This document shows positions 33,625-42,860 of a stretch of DNA of 64,000 bases, piece after piece. The position numbers and the translations under genes are program-made. Below the pieces are notes generated by a model. That model searched no databases. It had not been told where the DNA came from and saw only the letters and a program-made list of their open reading frames with translations. Origin of the DNA: Caldilineales bacterium (GTDB lineage: Bacteria > Chloroflexota > Anaerolineae > J102); the NCBI GenBank assembly GCA_024102915.1, contig JAGFJG010000016.1, forward strand, positions 22,263 through 86,262, written 5' to 3'. The number at the start of each line of letters is the position of its first letter. The first letter of the stretch is position 1.

Positions 33625-34127
33625 GCCGGGAATCCAGCGTCGTTATCGGCATCGATCCGGGGACGGCCATCACCGGTTTTGGCGTCCTGGCGACCTCAGG
33701 CCCCGATCTGCGAGCGCTAGATTATGGCGTAATTCGCACATCATCCAACGACCCTTTACAACGCCGACTGGTCATCCTCTACGATGAATTGACCAGTTTG
33801 TTCGCACGGCATCAGCCGCAGGCAATCGCCGTCGAGGAATTATTCTTCGCCAAGAACGCTCGCACCGCCCTCACTGTCGGACACGCCAGAGGCGTCGTGT
33901 TGTTGGCCGTCGCTCAGACAGGCGCACACTTCGCCCAATTCAAGCCATCCGAAGTCAAACAGGCCGTAACCGGCTATGGCGCCGCCGACAAAAAGCAAAT
34001 GCAGGACATGGTGCGTTTGCTGCTCGGCCTGGAAGAAACACCGCAGCCGGATGACGCAGCCGACGCACTGGCGGTGGCGATCTGTTATCAGAACTCAGCC
34101 GCTCTTCAACAACTCTATGTAGGGTAA
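33621..34127 (+). CDS. ruvC: Holliday junction resolvase RuvC
   Basis: VIGIDPGTAITGFGV... and ...PQPDDAADALAVAICY motifs carry the catalytic acidic residues. It overlaps the yebC stop by 4 nt. Confidence 0.9.
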   Translation: MSRESSVVIGIDPGTAITGFGVLATSGPDLRALDYGVIRTSSNDPLQRRLVILYDELTSLFARHQPQAIAVEELFFAKNARTALTVGHARGVVLLAVAQTGAHFAQFKPSEVKQAVTGYGAADKKQMQDMVRLLLGLEETPQPDDAADALAVAICYQNSAALQQLYVG

Positions 34128-34131
34128 AGAC

Positions 34132-34872
<741 letters not shown>

Positions 34873-34874
34873 AG

Positions 34875-35453
34875 ATGCTGGCGCGCTTGAGAGGACGAAT
34901 CGAAGAGATCGACGAGAACCAGGTCATCGTTGACGTGGGCGCCTTCGGCATCATTGTAGCGATGCCGGTCTCGCAGATCGCACAAATGCACGAGGGGCAA
35001 ACGGTGGCGCTCTATACCCACCTGCACGTGCGAGAACAGGATATCTCACTCTTCGGCTTTACGACCGAGGAAGAACTGCAACTCTTCCAGCTTCTGCTGG
35101 GCGTGGATGGCGTCGGCCCCCGCCTGGCGCTCAATATCCTCTCGACATTGCCTCCCGATACCTTGCGGCTGGCCGTGGCGAATGAAGAACCCGGCATTCT
35201 CACGCGTGTTCCCGGCATCGGGGCCAAGAGCGCGCGCAAAATCCTTTTCCACCTGAAAGACAAACTGGCGCCGACCGATCTGGGAGCAGCCGGCATTCAT
35301 GCCATGAGCGATGATGACGCCGATGTGATCGAGGCATTGACCAGTCTGGGCTACAGTGTGGTGGAAGCGCAACGCGCGGTGCAGGCGCTGCCCAAGGATG
35401 TGAAAGGAGTCGAGGAGCGCCTGGTTTTGGCCCTGGCTCAGCTCGCCCCCTGA
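34875..35453 (+). CDS. ruvA: Holliday junction DNA helicase subunit RuvA
   Basis: MLARLRGRIEEIDENQVIVDVGAFGI..., HhH motifs (VDGVGPRLALNIL; VPGIGAKSARKI) and a C-terminal domain III. Confidence 0.9.
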   Translation: MLARLRGRIEEIDENQVIVDVGAFGIIVAMPVSQIAQMHEGQTVALYTHLHVREQDISLFGFTTEEELQLFQLLLGVDGVGPRLALNILSTLPPDTLRLAVANEEPGILTRVPGIGAKSARKILFHLKDKLAPTDLGAAGIHAMSDDDADVIEALTSLGYSVVEAQRAVQALPKDVKGVEERLVLALAQLAP

Positions 35454-35500
35454 CCATGAGAAAAGAGAGGCGTTGAATCGAACGCTCGAGCCCAGGCTGT

Positions 35501-35529
35501 TTGCCCGCGCCCCCTTTGCTTGCTATAAT
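35501..35529 (+). promoter_or_regulatory. Sigma-70-type promoter candidate for tRNA-Thr
   Basis: TTGCCC (35501-35506), a 17-nt spacer and TATAAT (35524-35529). The tRNA 5' end lies 14 nt downstream. Confidence 0.5.
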
Positions 35530-35542
35530 GCCTCCACACCGC

Positions 35543-35618
35543 GCCACCCTAGCTCAGTCGGTAGAGCAACGCACTCGTAATGCGTCGGTCATCGGTTCAA
35601 ATCCGATGGGTGGCTCCA
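35543..35618 (+). tRNA. tRNA-Thr (anticodon CGU), CCA encoded
   Basis: Acceptor stem GCCACCC/GGGTGGC, D-loop AGCTCAGTCGGTAGAGC, anticodon arm ACGCA-CTCGTAA-TGCGT, T-arm GGTTCAAATCC and 3' TCCA. Confidence 0.9.
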
Positions 35619-35669
35619 CCCTTCGCCCTGGCCCATTGGCTGGGGCGTTTTTGCGATGACGCTGGTTTG

Positions 35670-36965
35670 ATGTCCGTTCTCTATTCCGTTGAATCCGGCT
35701 CCAAAACCTGGCCGCTGCGGCTGTGGGGCGCATTGACGCATCCCTTGCTGCTCATCGTGTTGCTGGCGCTGGCGGGCGTGGCGTTGATCGGGCATAACGT
35801 CATACCCCAGTTGCCCACGCCCCTGGTCAACGATCCCATCGCCCGCAGCCAGTGGCTGGTCGCCAGCGCCGAGAATTCACTTGGCGGCCAGATTATCGCC
35901 GCGCTGGGCCTTTTTAATATCGCTGGCAACAGCGCCCTGCGCATCCTTCTGCCCTTCCTGGCGGCGGTTCTGATTTTGCGAGCGCTGGAGCGGCTCTACC
36001 TCGCCTGGCGCACTCGCACAGTGGCCCCGCCGCTGGAACTCCTCCCGACCGTGCAGACTATGGATATGCGGGTGGAGGCGGAGATCGAAGACGCAACGTG
36101 CCAGGATTTCGTGCAACGACTCTGCACCCGCTGGCGCGAGCCCGAAGAAACGAGCGGACTGGATGAATGGTATGGCGACCGCAATCATCGTGCGATCTGG
36201 TTCAGCCCCCTGTTGGAAGCCGGTTTGCTGTTGATGGTTCTGGCCTTGGCTCTGAACGTGCGCTTCGGCTGGCAAAGCGACTTGATCAGACTCGACCCGG
36301 ACACGCAGGCCAGTCTATCGCCGCTCAGCGCTGCATCCGTCCGGCTGGATGCGACGCCTTTGCCCGAACCTTGTTGCATGCCTGGTCAGTCAGCGCCGCT
36401 CATGCTTGAGCCAGAATCATGGCCGGGCAAAGCGATCCGTCAGCTTGCATTGAACCCGGCATTATCGGTATCGGTGAACGGCGGCGGCGATATGCTCGAC
36501 CTGCAGGCGATTGAACAGGGCGGGGCACAGGCCAAGGAACTGGCGTTGCGTTTCCCGCAGGCCCGCACCGAACGAGCCTTCGCCATCCCCCAACGCAATC
36601 TATTCGTGCGGATCGTCAACACCGGGGAGCAATCGTTCAATATCCAGGTTTTAGACGCGTCAGAAAATGTGCTGTTGGCGCAGGATATCGAAGCTGCTAT
36701 CGCCCTGCCGGTCGAAGACCTCACGTTGGATCTGCGTCCATCCTATTTCGCCACTTTCAGCGTCGTCAGCCGCCCCTGGAACTGGTTACTTATCCCGGCC
36801 TTCCTGCTCGCCCTGGCCGGATTACTTCTGCGCTGGCGGTTCCCGTATTCCAGGCTGGGATTGCGCAGTAACGAAGCGGGGCTTGCCGTGCGTCGTCAGG
36901 CGCAGTATGGCGCACGACCTTCCCAAGCAGACGTCGAACAATGGCTTGGAGGCCTTGCCTCATGA
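35670..36965 (+). CDS. ResB/Ccs1-like membrane protein (tentative cytochrome c biogenesis System II component)
   Basis: Start trimmed to ATG 35670; the track ORF begins inside the tRNA. The N-terminal helix ends ...LIGHNVIPQ and a second helix ends ...LILRALER, as in ResB. A large extracytoplasmic region and a final TM helix follow. The assignment rests on pattern memory only. Confidence 0.4.
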   Translation: MSVLYSVESGSKTWPLRLWGALTHPLLLIVLLALAGVALIGHNVIPQLPTPLVNDPIARSQWLVASAENSLGGQIIAALGLFNIAGNSALRILLPFLAAVLILRALERLYLAWRTRTVAPPLELLPTVQTMDMRVEAEIEDATCQDFVQRLCTRWREPEETSGLDEWYGDRNHRAIWFSPLLEAGLLLMVLALALNVRFGWQSDLIRLDPDTQASLSPLSAASVRLDATPLPEPCCMPGQSAPLMLEPESWPGKAIRQLALNPALSVSVNGGGDMLDLQAIEQGGAQAKELALRFPQARTERAFAIPQRNLFVRIVNTGEQSFNIQVLDASENVLLAQDIEAAIALPVEDLTLDLRPSYFATFSVVSRPWNWLLIPAFLLALAGLLLRWRFPYSRLGLRSNEAGLAVRRQAQYGARPSQADVEQWLGGLAS

Positions 36966-37642
36966 GCGATTCCGATCCAACCGCTCCGGTCGTAGTGGGC
37001 ATCGCCGGCGGCAGCGGCTCCGGCAAGACCACGGTCATCCAGCGCCTGCTGGAACGTGTCGGCTGGGATCGGATCGCCTATCTGCCGCACGATGCCTATT
37101 ACAAGGACGCGGCTCATCTCCCCGCCTACGAGCGCGTACATCTCAATTTCGACCATCCCAATTCGCTGGACAACAAACTGCTCATCGCCCAGATTCAGGC
37201 TTTGCTGCAAGGCCAGCCCGTCGATGTGCCGCTCTACGATTTCACCACGTACACGCGCCGGGCCGAAACGCGCCATGTGTCACCCAGCCCGGTCATCCTG
37301 GTCGAGGGCATCCTGGTGTTCGCTGACGAAGATCTACGGGATTTGATGGATATCAAAATCTATGTCGAAACCGATCCCGATATCCGCTTCATTCGCCGCC
37401 TGCGCCGGGACATCGAAGAGCGCGGGCGCTCCGTGCAATCTGTGATCGAGCAATATCTGAGCACTGTGCGCCCCATGCATCTGCAATTTGTCGAACCCAG
37501 CAAGCGCTACGCCGATCTGATCATTCCCGAAGGCGGGTACAACGACGTGGCGTTAGAGATGGTAATCAGCCGGATCGAGAATCTGTTGGCCGCGGGCGGC
37601 AGTGATCAGGATAGGGTCAATACCGGGTTGGACTCGGCATAG
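36962..37642 (+). CDS. udk: Uridine kinase
   Basis: Start ATG 36962 (MSDSDPTAPVVVGIAGGSGSGKTT P-loop), ...DHPNSLD..., ...ILVEGI.... It overlaps the upstream stop. Confidence 0.9.
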   Translation: MSDSDPTAPVVVGIAGGSGSGKTTVIQRLLERVGWDRIAYLPHDAYYKDAAHLPAYERVHLNFDHPNSLDNKLLIAQIQALLQGQPVDVPLYDFTTYTRRAETRHVSPSPVILVEGILVFADEDLRDLMDIKIYVETDPDIRFIRRLRRDIEERGRSVQSVIEQYLSTVRPMHLQFVEPSKRYADLIIPEGGYNDVALEMVISRIENLLAAGGSDQDRVNTGLDSA

Positions 37643-38106
37643 TCCGGGCCGCGGTCGATTTCCCAGGGATAGATGATCCATTTATCCGTGACCGCGCCAT
37701 AAAAATCGGGCCTGCGCTCGCGGAAGCGCGAGCGTTGGGGTTTATAGTGCAGTACACAGGTGCGCGGCTGCCCGACCACCGCTTCGACACGCCCCCGCAC
37801 CGTGTTGATGGTGCGCCCGCTATCCCATACGTCATCAATAACCAACACGCGGCGGCCGCGCAACAGCCGATCTTCGGGGAATTGCAAAAAGGTGGGCCAG
37901 GCCAGCCGTTCGAGGCCAGGGTCCTTGGGAAATTCCACAGCGGCGGTCAACACATCGGAAATTTGGAGCGCCTCGGCCAGCATGCCGCCGGGGATGATGC
38001 CCCCGCGCGTGATCATCAACAGCACATCAAAGCTGCCCGCCACTTGCGGCAGAATATGGTCAATCAGGGACTCAACATCACGCCAGGATAATTCTTCGCG
38101 CTGCAT
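37606..38106 (-). CDS. Phosphoribosyltransferase (purine PRTase-like)
   Basis: PRPP-binding motif RVLVIDDVWDSGRT. 166 aa. The 3' end overlaps the udk 3' end by 37 nt in convergent orientation. Confidence 0.75.
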   Translation of the reverse strand: MQREELSWRDVESLIDHILPQVAGSFDVLLMITRGGIIPGGMLAEALQISDVLTAAVEFPKDPGLERLAWPTFLQFPEDRLLRGRRVLVIDDVWDSGRTINTVRGRVEAVVGQPRTCVLHYKPQRSRFRERRPDFYGAVTDKWIIYPWEIDRGPDYAESNPVLTLS

Positions 38107-38129
38107 AGAATACGTCGCTTATGAGAATG

Positions 38130-38534
38130 TCAGCTTGGGTCGGCGTCAGTAGCTCTCCGCCGAGGATTGAGTTGCGCCATGCGGCTTGAGAAAATCGAGG
38201 CAAGAATGGCCATCAACAAAGTCAGGATGTTTGAAATGGGCGGGGCGGGAGTGGTCACGATGTAAAGCAAGCCCACGCCCAGGGCAATCAGCACGCCATT
38301 GAGCAAGTGGCCGGAGGGCAGGCTGCGGGTGGCTACGAACGCGCCCCAGGCGCAGGCCAGAGCGACCATAATGTTGCTGACGAATGAATAGCGAGGAAGC
38401 GCCTGCACGTCCTGGATGGTTTGGGCGGGACTGATGGCGATAAGCACAGCGACGAGCAAACCCATGCCCAGCACGGCCAGGATGACCCCAACCAGTATGC
38501 CCATGAGCACGCGCGACCAGCGGATGCCTTTCAT
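38130..38534 (-). CDS. Hypothetical four-helix membrane protein
   Basis: 134-aa hydrophobic ORF that overlaps the upstream TPR gene stop by 4 nt. I recognise no family. Confidence 0.5.
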   Translation of the reverse strand: MKGIRWSRVLMGILVGVILAVLGMGLLVAVLIAISPAQTIQDVQALPRYSFVSNIMVALACAWGAFVATRSLPSGHLLNGVLIALGVGLLYIVTTPAPPISNILTLLMAILASIFSSRMAQLNPRRRATDADPS

Positions 38535-39373
38535 CGGCGGCTGGCTTTCTGCGCCACTGCCAATTGCACGCGCAGGTCTTTCAATCCCTCCGCCTCAGGA
38601 TGATGTTCCATCACTTCGTCGAAATCCTCAAGGTGCTGCATCAGTTCGGCGTCACGACGATCCAGCCTGCGCGCCGTTTTATAAAGCTCGTCAGCGCGCT
38701 CCAGATCGCCTTGCAGCCACACCGATAGCGCCAGATTGTAACGTGCGCGCAAGAAGCTTTCGTCCTTGGCGATGCAATTCTCAAAATTCGGGTCAGCGGA
38801 TTCGTAGTCGCCCAGCAGCAGGTCGAGATAGCCGACATTGTTGTAGATTTCGGCGTAGTCCGGGTCCAGTTCCACAGCGCGGGCAAAGGCAGCGCGTGAA
38901 TCCTGCAAGCGCTTGGCGGCATAATAGAGATACCCCAGCGAAGCGAAGATGTCTTCATTCTCTACCCCGGCATCCGCCGCCGCCTGCAATGTCGTGATGG
39001 CCTCATCATTCTTGCCAGCTTTGTAGAAATTGAATCCGAGCGCAGCCTGATACTCGCCGTTATCAGGTTCGGCGTCCACGGCGACGCGCAGATTCTCTTC
39101 GCCTTGCGGCAGCAATCCCGTGTCGGTCTGCAAGGTTCCCAGATGGTAGCGCGCCAGCGGATAGTTCGGATCGAGTTCGACCGCGTGTTTGAACGCGCGC
39201 ATGGCATCGCGCGGCTGCTCCAACGCCATGTAAGTCAGCCCCAGGCCGGTCTGCGTCGTCGCGTCATCGGGCAGGTTGGGAGCGGTTGCGCGCAGGGCTT
39301 TGCGGGCGCTCTTGAGGTCAGCGCCTGCTTCGGCAATGATGGAATCGAGTTCGAGTACGTTTGTTTTCGTCAT
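38531..39373 (-). CDS. Tetratricopeptide repeat (TPR) protein
   Basis: At least 6 consecutive 34-aa TPR units (...A...F..A(V/I)ELDP(N/D)YA.A(Y/R)(Y/H)NLG...). Confidence 0.8.
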   Translation of the reverse strand: MTKTNVLELDSIIAEAGADLKSARKALRATAPNLPDDATTQTGLGLTYMALEQPRDAMRAFKHAVELDPNYPLARYHLGTLQTDTGLLPQGEENLRVAVDAEPDNGEYQAALGFNFYKAGKNDEAITTLQAAADAGVENEDIFASLGYLYYAAKRLQDSRAAFARAVELDPDYAEIYNNVGYLDLLLGDYESADPNFENCIAKDESFLRARYNLALSVWLQGDLERADELYKTARRLDRRDAELMQHLEDFDEVMEHHPEAEGLKDLRVQLAVAQKASRR

Positions 39374-39378
39374 GATAT

Positions 39379-40173
39379 TTAGTGGTTCGCCACCGTTTGT
39401 TCAGCGGCGGGCGGGGAAGGCGGCTGATCGTTGTAGAGGCCGCGCGCATGATTGATGCGAATGCGAATGACATCCCAAAACATCTGCCAGGTATCGTGTA
39501 GAGGGTCCACCCGGCTGTCGGCGTCGAAATACCAGTGGATCGGCACTTCCGCCACCTTCGCGCCACGCCGGATAGCGAGATAAAGCGCCTCGACATCGAA
39601 TGTCCAGCCGGTGATGCGTTGACGAGCAAAGACATCCTGGGCGACTTCGCGCTTGAACAGCTTGAACCCGCATTGAGTGTCATGGAAGCCAGGCACTGCC
39701 AACACCCGCACGATCAGATTAAAAACCCGACCCATGAGGTGACGATAGGGCGGTTCGTTGTAACGCACTGCGCCGGGCGCTTCACGGCTGCCAATAGCGA
39801 CATCGTAGCCCTGCAATTGCGGGGGCAGGAACTTCTCGACCTCGGTGATGGGCATGGAAAGGTCTGAATCGCAGATGAACAAGTAATCGCCGCGGCCCTT
39901 GAGCATGCCTTCGCGCACAGCTGCACCCTTGCCCTTGGCGCTGTGCAATACCCGCACATTCTGATTCGCCCGCGCGTATCCCTCCGCAATTTCGGTCGTG
40001 TGATCCTTGCTGCCATTTTCCACCACCACGACTTCGACTGCGTAGGGCACGGTGTCGATCCAGGCCAGAATCTTGTCGAGGGATTCGGGCAGGCGGCTTT
40101 CTTCGTTGTAGGCCGGGATAATGATGCTGAGGTAAGGCCGGCTCATTTCATCTTCGACGAGTGACTGGGGCAT
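39379..40173 (-). CDS. Family 2 glycosyltransferase (polyprenyl-phosphate glycosyltransferase-like)
   Basis: LSIIIPAYNEE N-terminus and a DxD context (FICDSDLS). GT-A fold length. Confidence 0.85.
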   Translation of the reverse strand: MPQSLVEDEMSRPYLSIIIPAYNEESRLPESLDKILAWIDTVPYAVEVVVVENGSKDHTTEIAEGYARANQNVRVLHSAKGKGAAVREGMLKGRGDYLFICDSDLSMPITEVEKFLPPQLQGYDVAIGSREAPGAVRYNEPPYRHLMGRVFNLIVRVLAVPGFHDTQCGFKLFKREVAQDVFARQRITGWTFDVEALYLAIRRGAKVAEVPIHWYFDADSRVDPLHDTWQMFWDVIRIRINHARGLYNDQPPSPPAAEQTVANH

Positions 40174-40176
40174 GGC

Positions 40177-41016
40177 TTAGAGAAACAGACGGCCCAAAAG
40201 AGCCGCCAGGATGGCTCCGAAAGCCGTTGCCAGAAAATTGACCCCATCATTGTCCAACCAGGAAAATCCGCTGATTCGACGCGCGATGGAGCCGCAAGAG
40301 TGAATTGCGCTTTCGGTCACGGTGTCACACTGCGGGCATTTGTAAAGCGTTTGCCAGCGAGCGCCAAGCAGAGAATCGAGGAGCGATCCGCCGAAACCAA
40401 CCGTTGCGCAAACAGGGATCAAAAACCAATCTTGCAGAAACCACGCTCCGGTCGTCATTAGCGATGCGATCTGGATGAGACCAAAAGCGCACAGACCGAG
40501 AAACGCGCCGCCTGCCAGACTGGCTAACAAACCGGCAGTCGTGATCCCGCCGGAACGGCCTGGAGGGACAGGCTGGCCGGTGGTCAATAGCCGGGGCTGT
40601 TGCCGGGAAAGCATGCCAAGTTCGGACGCCCAGGTGTCGGCCGTGGCGACACTGAGCGCTCCGAAATAGGCGATCGTCAGGAAAGGATACCAGGGACTTT
40701 CACGGGTGACAATTCCCACGGCCATCGCGAGAGAGGCGGCAACGCCGCCATTGGCGAGAACCTGCGCCAGGTCGCGACGCCGGCCTTTTGCGCCGATGTC
40801 TGCCCCGGTCTTGCGCTCCGCATGGTAGAAAGATAAGAGCGTGCTGCTGAGAAAAAACGCCACAAGCACAGCGCCCCAGGTCGGCCCGCCCAATCCGAAC
40901 ACCAGCCCGCCGACCAAGGTAGCGCCGAGTGCGCCGCTGTTCGTCAGTGCCTCCAGCCGCCAACCCGCGGCAGAGACCGCTGCTGCTAACAGAAACCCAA
41001 GTATGACCTGCGGCAT
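40177..41016 (-). CDS. DUF92 (TMEM19-like) integral membrane protein
   Basis: Polytopic, about 7 helices, with a ...RDLAQVLANGGVAASLA... motif reminiscent of DUF92. Assignment from memory. Confidence 0.55.
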   Translation of the reverse strand: MPQVILGFLLAAAVSAAGWRLEALTNSGALGATLVGGLVFGLGGPTWGAVLVAFFLSSTLLSFYHAERKTGADIGAKGRRRDLAQVLANGGVAASLAMAVGIVTRESPWYPFLTIAYFGALSVATADTWASELGMLSRQQPRLLTTGQPVPPGRSGGITTAGLLASLAGGAFLGLCAFGLIQIASLMTTGAWFLQDWFLIPVCATVGFGGSLLDSLLGARWQTLYKCPQCDTVTESAIHSCGSIARRISGFSWLDNDGVNFLATAFGAILAALLGRLFL

Positions 41017-41077
41017 CCTGAGGATTCAGCCCCTGGCCTGGCCTGGCCAAACGTAAAAGCGCTTCATCGTAAAGACG

Positions 41078-41974
41078 CTAAAAAGTCACCAGTTCCAGCA
41101 GTTTGCGCAGAACAAACAGCCCGGCCAACTGGATCAGGATGGCATTTCCCCACAACAGATAGGCCGCCAAACGCTGACCCCGATCGTAGAAAAAGATACC
41201 CAAAACGACGTTGAGCGCCCACATCAACAGTGTGATGATCGGCAAAATAAAAAGCGAACTTCTGGCGGCCATGCGGTCAGGCACGCCCGCGGCATTGAAG
41301 TGCAGAGGAATCTCGGCGGGGAGCATGGGAAAGCGCCAAATGATGTTAGCCAGCAACAACAAACCCAACAAAAGCCCGGCGACGATGAGCGCCTGGCCCA
41401 GACGTTCCTTGACAACCCAGTGCTGCCGCCAGAAGGGCGTTTCCACTTTCTCTTCCAGCTTACGCATCGCGCCGAACTGCTGCCGTTCCGCGATTGCCTG
41501 AGTGAAATCAGGTATGCTGTCCGGGGTGAGCAGATAGGATCGGCGGTTGGTGTTGACCAGCAAGCCCTCGGATGGGCCGTGCGATGCATAGGCCGCCAGA
41601 CGCACGCCCGCGTTGACCGGTTGCACCCAGCCCGCCGGCCATTTCCACCAACGATGGCTGAGATTCACGCCAACAGGTTGGGTGTCGAGGGATTGAATGG
41701 CGTCGAGGGGGATGATGACGGTTTCCCCCGCCCAAAGCACTCGCAAGGCATCCCGGTCGATCCAATAGTCCAGCGAACGCAGTTCCCACAACCGGTAAAG
41801 AAGCACCGCCAGCAGACCAAAACCCACGATGAGCAAGACGCCGATGATCACCGTCGATGGGCCGAGTGGATTGCGCAGAAAAATCAATGCAAACAGGGCG
41901 GCGACAATCGCCAGAACAACGGCGGCGATGACAGCGTAAAGATGATCCTTCGAGGTCAGTGGGTGGAATGACAC
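41078..41974 (-). CDS. Membrane protein with bacterial PH-like and DUF1648-like regions
   Basis: Two N-terminal TM helices are followed by a soluble segment. C-terminal helices are preceded by EIPLHFNAAGVPDRM, a DUF1648-like motif. Confidence 0.45.
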   Translation of the reverse strand: MSFHPLTSKDHLYAVIAAVVLAIVAALFALIFLRNPLGPSTVIIGVLLIVGFGLLAVLLYRLWELRSLDYWIDRDALRVLWAGETVIIPLDAIQSLDTQPVGVNLSHRWWKWPAGWVQPVNAGVRLAAYASHGPSEGLLVNTNRRSYLLTPDSIPDFTQAIAERQQFGAMRKLEEKVETPFWRQHWVVKERLGQALIVAGLLLGLLLLANIIWRFPMLPAEIPLHFNAAGVPDRMAARSSLFILPIITLLMWALNVVLGIFFYDRGQRLAAYLLWGNAILIQLAGLFVLRKLLELVTF

Positions 41975-42007
41975 GATTTATGTGCCCAAAATGTACAAAC
42001 GCTCGAA

Positions 42008-42787
42008 TCAACCGGCGCGCGGCTCTGCTTGCGAAAGCCACCCACGCACGGTTTCAAGCAAAGGTCGAAATGTCATGTCCATGTGCAAGGGCGTCACCGA
42101 CACATAGCCCTGGCTGACCGCTTCCAAATCGGTGCCCTCGTCGAGTTGGCCGCCGGGCGGGTCGCCGCCGATCCAATAATAGGGAACCCCGCGCGGATCG
42201 GATCGCTCCACCAGGACATCACGATAGACGCGATTGCCAAGCCGGGTGACGCGAATGCCGCGCAGTTCCGCCAAGGGAATGTTAGGAGCATTCAGGTTCA
42301 GGAGCGAATTCTCGGGAACCCCGAACTTCAATGCCTGCCGCGTGATCTCGACGGCGGCAGTCGCCGCTGTGTCCCAATGGCGCGGACCTTCATAATCATC
42401 CGACGAAACGGCGATGCCGGGCCAGCCGTTGATGGCGGCCTCCATGGCCGCGGCAACCGTACCCGAATAGGTGACGTCATAGCCGAGGTTTGGACCGTTG
42501 TTGATGCCGGAAACGACGATATCGACCGGCTTCTTCACCAGCCCCAGGCGGGCAAGCGCCACACAATCGGAAGGAGCGCCATCCGTGGTCATGGCCTGAG
42601 AACCATCTTCGAGCGACACGCTCCAAACCCGCAATGGTTTGTGCATGGTCTTGTTGTGGCCCGCTGCCGACCAATTGCGGTTGGGAGCAAAAACTGTCAC
42701 GTCGCCAATCGTCCGCAAAGCCTGGGCCAAGGCCAGCAGGCCGGGCGACTCGACGCCGTCATCGTTGGTTACGAGAATGTGAGGCAT
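42008..42787 (-). CDS. surE: 5'/3'-nucleotidase SurE
   Basis: MPHILVTNDDGVESPGLLAL... is the invariant SurE N-terminus. 259 aa. Confidence 0.9.
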   Translation of the reverse strand: MPHILVTNDDGVESPGLLALAQALRTIGDVTVFAPNRNWSAAGHNKTMHKPLRVWSVSLEDGSQAMTTDGAPSDCVALARLGLVKKPVDIVVSGINNGPNLGYDVTYSGTVAAAMEAAINGWPGIAVSSDDYEGPRHWDTAATAAVEITRQALKFGVPENSLLNLNAPNIPLAELRGIRVTRLGNRVYRDVLVERSDPRGVPYYWIGGDPPGGQLDEGTDLEAVSQGYVSVTPLHMDMTFRPLLETVRGWLSQAEPRAG

Positions 42788-42795
42788 GTTGGTGG

Positions 42796-42830
42796 TCGGA
42801 AGACAGAAGTCAGTGGTCAGAGGTCAGGTA
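42796..42830. repeat. Five tandem heptamers (GTCGGAA GACAGAA GTCAGTG GTCAGAG GTCAGGT)
   Basis: Read directly from the sequence in the surE-PBP spacer. I saw no clear inverted arm. Confidence 0.5.
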
Positions 42831-42860
42831 ATCGGATGTTGTTTGGCCCTCGCCTCGGCG

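Noticed and set aside
35543-35700. tRNA-Thr as an integration site for a mobile element
   Set aside because: No integrase, direct repeat of the tRNA 3' end, or compositional shift was seen downstream. The 461-aa track ORF starting inside the tRNA was trimmed to ATG 35670.
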